In this document: positions 1 to 7,726 of the stretch, one piece after another
Numbering within the stretch: position 1 is the first letter of the stretch
Layout: each line of letters opens with the position of its first letter
Source of the DNA: a virus
DNA length: 30,376 nucleotides
IMG/VR virus record: IMGVR_UViG_2684622740_000002
Location: 1-30,376 of that record
Strand: one strand, 5' to 3'
Notes under the pieces: generated by a model
What the model saw: only the letters and a program-made list of their open reading frames with translations
Database searches by the model: none
What the model was told of the DNA's origin: nothing
Position numbers and translations under genes: made by a program

Positions 1-143
1 TACCAAGACACCTGAAAAAAATATACAAGACAGAACAAGGAATAACAACCTATTTAGATCTTCAAAGAATAAAATGGGAGCAAGAAAGAGGAAAAATTAT
101 CTCAACCATGAAGTTTTTGACATAGCCAGAAAAAGATAATAGT

Positions 144-1496
144 GTGCTTAAAACTATTAAATCATACTTAGATTTTAATGTTGATGAGCTGTTCGGTTAT
201 TCTGATGAGGTTAGCAACACATTAAAAACACAAGTATTCACTGCATCAACTACAACTTTACAAAGAGTAGATAATAACATAACAAAAATAATAAACAAAG
301 GATACACAGAAGGACTAGGAAATCGTGAAATAGCACAAAACCTCAAAAAAGAATTCACAGGACTTAAAACATGGGAAGCTGAAAGAATAGCAGTAACAGA
401 AGTGAACAGTGCACAAAGCCTAGGAGCCTATGAACAATACTTCGAAGACGATATAAAATACCACCAATGGAGCACATGCGAAGACAGCAGAGTAAGACAA
501 ACACACGCACTACTTGATGGTGAAATAGTAGAAGTAGGAACAAGGTTTAATAATGGTTTACTATATCCTGGAGATAAAACAGGAGAAATGAAAGAATGGG
601 TCTGGTGTAGATGTGTCACACTGCCTTATATAATGCCTTATGGGTACATGACCCCAGTAGGAAAAGAGAGATTCTATGAATCAGATATCATAAGTATTAA
701 TTCAAAAAATATAAACAAACCTACTAATAAAGTTCCTGAATTTGATATTAATCGTTTAAATAAAAATGAGCAAGAATTCTACAAAATAAGTAAATCCAAC
801 AATAATAAAAAAATGATTAAAGAGTTAGAATCAATAGCTAAAAATAAAAAAATTATTGTAGAAGAAAACATTGGGGATATTGAAGTAAATATGAAATATG
901 GACTTAAACCCACTAAACTCAAATCATACAATTATATGGGTAAAACTCCTGAGGAAAATATCCGCATATTAGTTGAAGCTGATCTGGGTGAAGCCAAGAT
1001 AATTAAAGAATCTTATGATAAATTACCTTCAGTATTAAAAAAGAATTTAGATGAAGTAGTGCATCTTAATCAACATGCAATAAAAAGAATAGGTAATAAT
1101 CATGAAGTTGTTGAAGGATATGTAAGCAAACGCATAACTTCAGAAGGAATTAAAAGAATGTATATTATGAAAAATAGTAATATTAAATCTACATTATACC
1201 ATGAATTAGGGCATTTAATTGATCTTCAAAAAACAAAATATGGAGTAGATTATGTTTTATCTACAAATAGCAAATATATAAAAAGTGCTGAAAAGGATTA
1301 TAATGCTCTAAAAACAAAAGGATTATCTGGAGAGTATAGGTGGCCTTCTGAATATGCATTAGATAGTTATGAGAATTATGGCAATTATGCTGAAGATTTA
1401 GCCGAAAGTATGAGATTATATCTTAATAGAGATAAGAAGTTCATACTTAATTTCCCAAATAGGGTTAAAATTATTAAGAAAATATTAAATAGTTAA
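144..1496 (+). CDS. MuF / SPP1 gp7-like minor head protein with C-terminal zincin metallopeptidase (anthrax lethal factor-like) domain; true 5' end probably upstream of an in-frame TAG at 123-125
   Basis: WEAERIAVTEV, WSTCEDSRVRQTHALLDGE and LLYPGD...CRC are MuF motifs. The C-terminus has HELGH, PSEYA, AEDLAES and FPNRVKII, typical of ATLF-like zincins. Confidence 0.85.
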   Translation: MLKTIKSYLDFNVDELFGYSDEVSNTLKTQVFTASTTTLQRVDNNITKIINKGYTEGLGNREIAQNLKKEFTGLKTWEAERIAVTEVNSAQSLGAYEQYFEDDIKYHQWSTCEDSRVRQTHALLDGEIVEVGTRFNNGLLYPGDKTGEMKEWVWCRCVTLPYIMPYGYMTPVGKERFYESDIISINSKNINKPTNKVPEFDINRLNKNEQEFYKISKSNNNKKMIKELESIAKNKKIIVEENIGDIEVNMKYGLKPTKLKSYNYMGKTPEENIRILVEADLGEAKIIKESYDKLPSVLKKNLDEVVHLNQHAIKRIGNNHEVVEGYVSKRITSEGIKRMYIMKNSNIKSTLYHELGHLIDLQKTKYGVDYVLSTNSKYIKSAEKDYNALKTKGLSGEYRWPSEYALDSYENYGNYAEDLAESMRLYLNRDKKFILNFPNRVKIIKKILNS

Positions 1497-1524
1497 ATTC
1501 ATCAAATAATATATTGGTGATAAA

Positions 1525-1797
1525 ATGACACTTGGATTCTATGGAGATTATAATGAAGAGACTATCGAGTTACCTAATGGATGGAGTGTATTAATAGAAC
1601 ATGGTAGCAACTATCCTGAGGAGTTTTATAAGGGGGAAACTAGATTGAAAGCTCCAGATAGAAGAATAACTCTATATGATGAAAATAAAAAAGTTATTGG
1701 AGTTAAAATTGAAGAGAATCCTAATCTTTTAAGTAGATTAAATCCTGAGGCTAATAAAGGTCGTTTTGTAGATAATGATGAGGACATTCTTCTATAA
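1525..1797 (+). CDS. Small acidic hypothetical protein; candidate immunity/partner of the MuF peptidase
   Basis: GGTGAT RBS 4 nt before ATG; 90 aa; directly follows the MuF-toxin-like gene. The immunity role is inferred from position only. Confidence 0.6.
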   Translation: MTLGFYGDYNEETIELPNGWSVLIEHGSNYPEEFYKGETRLKAPDRRITLYDENKKVIGVKIEENPNLLSRLNPEANKGRFVDNDEDILL

Positions 1798-1799
1798 TT

Positions 1800-1855
1800 T
1801 AAAGATAATTATGTTTTCACTATTTTATAATTTTTTATTATAATATTTTTTTTAG
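1800..1855 (+). terminator. Probable T-rich archaeal terminator
   Basis: Several oligo-T runs immediately after the 1797 stop. Confidence 0.4.
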
Positions 1856-2045
1856 CCAATAGCTATTTATGCTAGTTGTTAGCTATTGTCGTGACCATTT
1901 AATTTTAAATGTTTATATATTATTAATTTCACATTATATAGCTGAATAAAGAAAATTAAAGCTTAATTAAAAAGATAACGAAATATTTAAAACCATAATA
2001 TTAAATTGTCATTACACTATTTTATTTTTTTTATTAATATTACTT

Positions 2046-2071
2046 CCCCAAATGGGGTAGCGATAGCTCTA
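2046..2071 (+). promoter_or_regulatory. Conserved leader motif copy 1 (CCCCAAATGGGG-TAGCGATAGCTCT)
   Basis: Matches the motif at 3260-3285 and 22853-22878; lies just upstream of an RBS (GAGGTG) and the ATG at 2095. Confidence 0.6.
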
Positions 2072-2094
2072 TTCAATGATTAAGAGGTGTTATT

Positions 2095-2463
2095 ATGCTT
2101 AAACGTATGAAAGAAAAGGAAAGAAAACATGCTGAAGGTAAAATATGTGGTTGTGGTTATGCTCCACATGGACAAATAGATTATTATGAAGATGGAACTT
2201 ATAAAGTTTATCATGTTAATAATGAAGGAGAATTAGTTGAAGTAAAACGATCTATAGAATCAATTTTACATGCAATCTATTCTCCTTCTAAAAAAGAAAC
2301 AATAAATCGATTGAGTGATCACATTCATCTAGATGTAAAACCTACTATTAGAAAACCTGTTAGAGCAAATCCAAATAATAGAGGAAAACTTCTATATGAA
2401 AGTAAAGATAATCCTTTAATGTTTAATTTCAAGAATAAAGTTAGAAAAATATTAAAGAGATGA
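2095..2463 (+). CDS. Hypothetical basic protein (122 aa)
   Basis: GAGGTG RBS, ATG start; no family recognised. Confidence 0.65.
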   Translation: MLKRMKEKERKHAEGKICGCGYAPHGQIDYYEDGTYKVYHVNNEGELVEVKRSIESILHAIYSPSKKETINRLSDHIHLDVKPTIRKPVRANPNNRGKLLYESKDNPLMFNFKNKVRKILKR

Positions 2464-2469
2464 TTCTGA

Positions 2470-2946
2470 ATGAATACTACTAATAATGATTTTTTATTTG
2501 ATTTAATTAAATACAAGTATAATGAAGAAAATCAAAGAAACTTTGAAATCGACACTAAAAATAACAGCATGATTGCTTTTCTAGGAGTTATGTTAACTGT
2601 TCAAACTACATTTGGATCTTTCATTGAAAACATGACTTTATTATCTAAATTGGTTTTTATTTTATCATTAGTTTTTTATCTTTCTGCTTTAATTCTTTTA
2701 ATTCATTCTTATTATTTTAAAACTTTTAAAACTGTTCCTAACGCTAATATTCTTGAAAGTTATTATAATACTTTTAAAAATAAAGATGTCATTTTAAATG
2801 AGTTGTTTGGTGATTTTAAAAGAGCTATTGATTTTAATAGAGAAGTTATTAAAGTGAAAGTTAAGTTTTCTAAATTGGGTTTTTACTTGTTGATTTTTGG
2901 GGGATTGTTAGCAGTGATATTTGTAGTAACTTATTTAATATTGTAA
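2470..2946 (+). CDS. Three-TM membrane protein, loosely resembling Pycsar PycTM-like effectors (moron gene)
   Basis: Hydrophobic segments MIAFLGVMLTVQ, LVFILSLVFYLSALILLIH and LGFYLLIFGGLLAVIFVVTYLIL; IDTKNNSMIAFLGV resembles the D-x-K-x3-(L/I)-(A/G)-F-x-G pattern. Confidence 0.6.
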   Translation: MNTTNNDFLFDLIKYKYNEENQRNFEIDTKNNSMIAFLGVMLTVQTTFGSFIENMTLLSKLVFILSLVFYLSALILLIHSYYFKTFKTVPNANILESYYNTFKNKDVILNELFGDFKRAIDFNREVIKVKVKFSKLGFYLLIFGGLLAVIFVVTYLIL

Positions 2947-2998
2947 TTTATACTGCTTAACAATCCTCCCAAATTTTATTTAAATGATTTTTTTATTA

Positions 2999-3082
2999 TC
3001 ATTTTTCATCAGATTTTTCTGAGTATTCATCACGATCAGGAATATTATCATTCCTATCTTTATCATCAGTTAAATCAATCAA
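2999..3082 (-). CDS. Unannotated 27-aa acidic micropeptide (MIDLTDDKDRNDNIPDRDEYSEKSDEK)
   Basis: Perfect GGAGGTGAT RBS 5 nt before TTG on the minus strand; open frame with GAT/GAA-rich codons; below the ORF track length cutoff. Confidence 0.55.
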   Translation of the reverse strand: MIDLTDDKDRNDNIPDRDEYSEKSDEK

Positions 3083-3259
3083 TTATAATCACCTCCAATA
3101 ATTGTATTTAATTCTTTTAATAATTTCAATTTATATATTACAGTATTACTTTTTAGTATTACAATAGCTATTTTTCACGAAAAACACCATAGTTTTATTG
3201 AAATAGTAATACTTTTCACTAATATTTATAAAAATTATATTTTTTTAATCATTCAAAAT

Positions 3260-3285
3260 GCTCCCTGTGGGCTAGCGATAGCTAT
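3260..3285 (+). promoter_or_regulatory. Conserved leader motif copy 2 (GCTCCCTGTGGGC-TAGCGATAGCTAT), with TTTATAAA TATA-like box at 3225-3232
   Basis: Motif shared with 2046-2071 and 22853-22878; precedes the first gene of the head-tail operon. Confidence 0.65.
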
Positions 3286-3318
3286 AATTAAAGAAATAGC
3301 TAGGAGATGTAAAATACC

Positions 3319-4572
3319 ATGACCAAATCAAAAATAGTATACAAAAACAATAAACAAAAACTAATCACAGCACCAGTACTCATACCAGACTACGCTGACT
3401 GTGACGCACCAAGAGGAGAGAAAAAACTAACCATAGAAGAAATACAAGACTTCTCCCACAAATACATGGAAAAATACAGAATAAGTGACAAACAACACGA
3501 CTACTTCCAAACCAAAAAAGAAGTAGCTATTCCAGTAGAATCATGGACACTAAAAAGTGACACAGAAATGGACAATGGAGAAACCTACCCCAAAGGAACC
3601 TGATTTGTCACAATGAAAGTCCATGATGATGACACATGGAATAAAATAGAAAATGAAGAATACACTGGATTAAGTGTTACTGTGACTCCTGAAAATGTGG
3701 CTGATGCATTAGTAGCTGGTAAAAGTAGAACACTAATTAAAGATGTTCCCAATCCAGTTGCAGCCACAATAGCTTTTGTTGATAAACCATGTGTTCATAA
3801 GGCCACTTTTTGCAGTGTTAAATCAATTAATTCAAATGAATCTTATGAAAGTAAACACAAACTCTTAAATAATGCATTAAGGAATTTATACCGTGACAAG
3901 GACGTTTATGCTCACATTCTTCTTACATTTGATACTAAAATAATTGCTTATATGGAATGGCAACAATCAGAATCCCATTTTGAAATTCCATACTCCATAA
4001 ATGTTAATGGAGAAGTTGAATTTGGAGAACCACTTGAAGTTCAACAAGAATATGTGGCTAAAAAAATGTTAGAAAAAAGTGAAAAAGACACAGCTATTAA
4101 AGCAGGTAGAAGCATAAGCGATTCCACATACACAAAAATAAAGAAAGCATGGGATTCACTGGGAAACCTGATAAATAAAGCTGAAAATGAAAGAACTGAA
4201 AATGTGATTAAAGGTGATAAAATGACAGACAATAATGAAAAAGAATATGTTACTAAATCTGATTTAGAAAATCTTAAAACTGAAATATTAACAGCTGTTA
4301 AGTCAGCACAAAATAATGAATCTACTTCAAATAAAGAAGAAGATGAACTAACAAAATTGAAAAAAGAAAATGCTGATTTAAAAAAGAAACTTGAAAGTTC
4401 AAATAAATCAGATGAAACTAAAAATGAAGAAACCGACCCTGAAGAAATCAAAGGAGCATCAAAATCAATACCCAACCATGAAACCAACGATCAAATAAGT
4501 AAAAAAAGCACCAAAGCAACAGTATTAGAAGCAATGGGCAGAAATAGCAGCGGACTAACAATAAAAAAATAG
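3319..4572 (+). pseudogene. Prohead protease (XkdF-like serine protease) fused to a scaffold region, interrupted by an in-frame TGA at 3601-3603
   Basis: ORFs 3319-3603 and 3613-4572 are in the same frame and read YPKGT*FVTMKV, where XkdF-type proteases have KGTW...KV. DKQHD lies in the first part and YTGLSV in the second. Confidence 0.8.
4222..4572 (+). CDS. Probable nested in-frame scaffolding protein (116 aa) from an internal start
   Basis: AAAGGTGAT RBS 3 nt before an in-frame ATG (MTDNNEKE...); charged coiled-coil-like sequence immediately before the MCP gene. Confidence 0.5.
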   Translation: MTDNNEKEYVTKSDLENLKTEILTAVKSAQNNESTSNKEEDELTKLKKENADLKKKLESSNKSDETKNEETDPEEIKGASKSIPNHETNDQISKKSTKATVLEAMGRNSSGLTIKK

Positions 4573-4594
4573 TACTAAATGGAGGATTAAGAAA

Positions 4595-5647
4595 ATGGAT
4601 AATAACGATATACTAAACGAATTAGGAAACCAAGGAGCAGCATTTAAAGAATTAACCAATATTAAAGATGGGAAAGCAATACTTTCACCAGCACACCTGG
4701 GAAAATTCTTAATGTACGCATCACTTGATCAAACAATACTAAACTCAGCAGCATTTGAACTAATGCCTGCACCAGAGAAAAATTTAAACCGTGCAGGAAT
4801 TGTAGGGAGAGTTTTAAGTAATGGTTATGATGAAGAAGGTAAAACCCGTGAATTAACAGAAGACGAGAAAAAAGGCTTAAGTTTTGGAGCTAACACTTTA
4901 ATAGCTAAAAAACTTAAAGCATGTGCTAAAATAGAAGACGATGATATTGAAGACAATATCACAGGAGAAGCATTAACCAACACATTACTACAAGAAATGG
5001 GTAGAGCTATTGGTGAAAACCTTGAATTATTCGCAGTATTTGGAGACACCACAATAAATAAAGCTGATGATCCTTTACTTTGTATAACTGATGGTTGGTT
5101 GAAATTAGCAGAACATCAAATAGCTGCAGAGGATGATTTCACATTAGATAATGCTTCTCAAATTGAAAATATTTTTGATGCAGGTATTCGTAAATTATCT
5201 CCAAGATTCAGAAAAAGGGATAAATTAATATTCTATGTTCCTTTCGAAGTTGAAGATGCATACCGTGATGTTCTTAAATCACGTAGCACAGGTTTAGGTG
5301 ATGCAACACAAATAGGGTTTGCAGAATTAAAATACAAAGGAATAACCATTAAAAATGCAAACACCTTGGATGACCCAGAAGCTAGAGAATTAATAGGTGC
5401 AGGAAAAGTATTATTAACCCAACCAGAGAATTTAGCCTGGGGTATTAGATCCAACCTCAGTATTGAACCAGAAAGAAAAGCTGGAATGGAAAGAACTGAT
5501 TACTGGTTCAGAATAAGGGGAGATGCTGATCATTACTTCCGAGATGGAGCAGTAGTAACAACAATACCTAATGATATTCTTGATTCCTTAAATGGAATAG
5601 ATACTGAGGATACTGGGGATGGTGGTGAACAATCACCCATTGGCTAA
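4595..5647 (+). CDS. Major capsid protein (HK97 fold)
   Basis: 350 aa, GGAGG RBS, follows protease/scaffold; GRAIGENLELFAVFGD, DGWLKLA and FYVPFEVEDAYRD are characteristic of methanogen/Firmicutes phage MCPs. Confidence 0.88.
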   Translation: MDNNDILNELGNQGAAFKELTNIKDGKAILSPAHLGKFLMYASLDQTILNSAAFELMPAPEKNLNRAGIVGRVLSNGYDEEGKTRELTEDEKKGLSFGANTLIAKKLKACAKIEDDDIEDNITGEALTNTLLQEMGRAIGENLELFAVFGDTTINKADDPLLCITDGWLKLAEHQIAAEDDFTLDNASQIENIFDAGIRKLSPRFRKRDKLIFYVPFEVEDAYRDVLKSRSTGLGDATQIGFAELKYKGITIKNANTLDDPEARELIGAGKVLLTQPENLAWGIRSNLSIEPERKAGMERTDYWFRIRGDADHYFRDGAVVTTIPNDILDSLNGIDTEDTGDGGEQSPIG

Positions 5648-5885
5648 TGTATCTGTTAATGTGAAAGATCAGGATGAAGCTAATCTTCAAGGAGTTTTTG
5701 TTGAGATAGTTGGAACAGAAATTACATGTACAACTGGTTCTGGTGGAGGATGTACTTTACAAGAAGTACCATTAGGAAATATCAGTTATACTGCAGTTAA
5801 AGATGGATATGTTACAGGTAATGGGACTTTTACAGTTACTTCTAATTCTGGAACATTAGAAATAACATTAACTGAAGAAGAATAG
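5619..5885 (+). CDS. Ig-like / carboxypeptidase-regulatory-like beta-sandwich domain; probably a +1 frameshift extension of the capsid protein
   Basis: Overlaps the MCP 3' end in the +1 frame; beta-strand pattern VSVNVKD..LQGVFVEI..CTTG..GGCTL..VP.G...YTAVKDGYVT..GTFTV. Confidence 0.7.
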   Translation: MVVNNHPLANVSVNVKDQDEANLQGVFVEIVGTEITCTTGSGGGCTLQEVPLGNISYTAVKDGYVTGNGTFTVTSNSGTLEITLTEEE

Positions 5886-5906
5886 CTATTTTAAATAAAA
5901 TAATCA

Positions 5907-6359
5907 TTGATGGAGGTGAATATAATTCCTGAAGAAACTGAAGAAATCATGTACTGCACACCAGAAAAAGTCATAACTTTAACTGGAGTACAACCACGCC
6001 ACTATAACTATGATACTGAAAATGAAGAAGAAAACGAAACAAAACTCAATGAATTACTCAATGATTACATAATAACTGCTAGTGAAATGATCAACGAATA
6101 CACCAACAACAATTTCATAGAAAATATTCCTCACACTATAAGCTTTGTTTGCTCATTAATTGTCAGTAACATAATAACTAGAAATACTGTAAGACGTGAC
6201 ATTCCTTTTCGTCAAAAAGATAACTGGGATCAGGAATTAGTTCAAGTTGAATTATTCACCGATGAAATCAAAGAATTACTTGAACCATTCATAGTATCTG
6301 ATGAAGAGGAAGTGGCCACTAATGATATTACTTTTTTTGCAATAACTGGGGAGAATTAA
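5907..6359 (+). CDS. Head-tail connector/adaptor (gp6/gp15-like); start uncertain (ATA/ATT at 5922/5925 or ATG at 5949)
   Basis: Position after MCP; YCTPEKV..LTG, LNELLNDYIITASEMINEYTN and LFTDEIKELLEPF fit this family. Confidence 0.75.
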   Translation: MMEVNIIPEETEEIMYCTPEKVITLTGVQPRHYNYDTENEEENETKLNELLNDYIITASEMINEYTNNNFIENIPHTISFVCSLIVSNIITRNTVRRDIPFRQKDNWDQELVQVELFTDEIKELLEPFIVSDEEEVATNDITFFAITGEN

Positions 6360-6360
6360 G

Positions 6361-6798
6361 ATGTCCTATACCATAACAATCACTGTTAATAATAAAAATA
6401 TTAAAAGACTCTCAAAATTCCCAAGAAGAATAACAAGAAGAGTTATAACATTATCTAAGAATGAGTTAATTCGTAATCTTAAAAAAGCAACACCAAGAGA
6501 CACTGGAAGAGCTAGAGGGTCTTGGCATGCAGATCGTAGTAGTCATGATCATGTTAAAGTTTCATCATCAGTACATTACATGAAATACTTGGATAAAGGA
6601 ACAGGAATCTATGGACCAAAACATAGACCTATCACAATTAAAGGAAATCCCTGGTTATATTGGAAAGGTGCAAAATATCCTGTTAAACAAGTAACTGTTA
6701 AAGGGATTAAACCTTACAATATTGTAGTTAACTCAATAAAAGCAACAGAATCAAGAATAATAGAATTTGGAAACATGGCCATTAGTGAAGTGAAATAA
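6361..6798 (+). CDS. HK97 gp10-like neck/tail component
   Basis: TPRDTGRARGSW and YMKYLDKGTG motifs. Confidence 0.8.
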   Translation: MSYTITITVNNKNIKRLSKFPRRITRRVITLSKNELIRNLKKATPRDTGRARGSWHADRSSHDHVKVSSSVHYMKYLDKGTGIYGPKHRPITIKGNPWLYWKGAKYPVKQVTVKGIKPYNIVVNSIKATESRIIEFGNMAISEVK

Positions 6799-6799
6799 T

Positions 6800-7324
6800 A
6801 TGATTACTAACCCAGATATTGCACTTGAAAAAATTCAAAACTATCTTGAAAATGAAAGAAAAAATACAGAAGGATTATTATCAGATGTTAAAGCTATTTA
6901 TCAAGGAGAAGATATTGATCATCAACCAAAAATCCCCTATTTATGGTTACTTGAGGAAATAATTGAACAAGACACGGAAATGACTACATTTGATGAAGAA
7001 TGGTACAGTTTATCTCTTATAATCTGTGCTGTTTGTTACAATCCACAAGATCTAACAAAATCATACAAAGAAAGTAAAAATTTGGCTGTTCGTGCAGGTC
7101 AAGCATTAGAGAAACAATTCACTAGTGATAATGATTCTTATTTTGAAAGTATTGAATTCATTAATTTTTCACCATCAGGAGTTCATATTGAAGGGGCTAG
7201 TGATAGAGTGCATCAATCAAGTGTTAGTTACACTTGTTTGTTTAAAGAGAAAACTAATAATGAAAATAGTACTAGATTTGAACGTTCTAGAATTAGTGGA
7301 GATATTAGGCGGTTTAAAGAATGA
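6800..7324 (+). CDS. Tail terminator/completion protein
   Basis: Position between the gp10-like and sheath genes; acidic 174 aa with PYLWLLEE strand pattern. Confidence 0.65.
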   Translation: MITNPDIALEKIQNYLENERKNTEGLLSDVKAIYQGEDIDHQPKIPYLWLLEEIIEQDTEMTTFDEEWYSLSLIICAVCYNPQDLTKSYKESKNLAVRAGQALEKQFTSDNDSYFESIEFINFSPSGVHIEGASDRVHQSSVSYTCLFKEKTNNENSTRFERSRISGDIRRFKE

Positions 7325-7710
7325 GTAGAAGAAGGAATAATAATACTAATAATGAATCTAAGGATATTAATCTTTTAGATTCTGAAAAAGAGAATAAAGA
7401 TACTAAGGTTAATCAGAATTCAGAAGCTGAAAAAGAGAATAAACTAACATCAAATTCTGAAGATAATAACTTAAACAAAAATCATGAAGGATCTAATAAT
7501 AATACTAATACTAATAATGAATCTAAGGATAAAAAACCCAAAAATAACAAAACAGACACAATAAATCCAAATACATGGAAAATAATAAAAAACATCCCAG
7601 AACATCTATATGAAGTATTCACACAACAATTAAAAGAAAATAAAGAATACACAAGCAAAGAACTAGATGAAAATTACAAAGAATTCTTAAATAAAAAAAT
7701 AACAAAATAA
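7321..7710 (+). CDS. Asn/Lys/Glu-rich low-complexity protein with a C-terminus resembling small pre-sheath phage proteins
   Basis: NNNTNNESKD occurs in two near-identical copies (7336-7366, 7495-7531); C-terminal KEYTSKELDENYKEFLNKKI. Confidence 0.6.
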   Translation: MSRRRNNNTNNESKDINLLDSEKENKDTKVNQNSEAEKENKLTSNSEDNNLNKNHEGSNNNTNTNNESKDKKPKNNKTDTINPNTWKIIKNIPEHLYEVFTQQLKENKEYTSKELDENYKEFLNKKITK

Positions 7711-7726
7711 AGGAGACTAGATATTT

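Noticed and set aside
2095-2946. Readthrough fusion of the 2095 and 2470 ORFs (same frame, TGA TTC TGA ATG)
   Set aside because: Two stops would need to be read through, and the junction looks like an ordinary RBS-like GATGAT spacer before ATG.
123-3603. Stop-codon reassignment, selenocysteine or pyrrolysine explaining the in-frame TAG and TGA
   Set aside because: TGG encodes Trp throughout, and TGA and TAG end other genes at expected positions (9119-9121, 22367-22369, 23640-23642). The TGA is at a Trp rather than a Cys position, and Methanobacteriales are not known to use Pyl.
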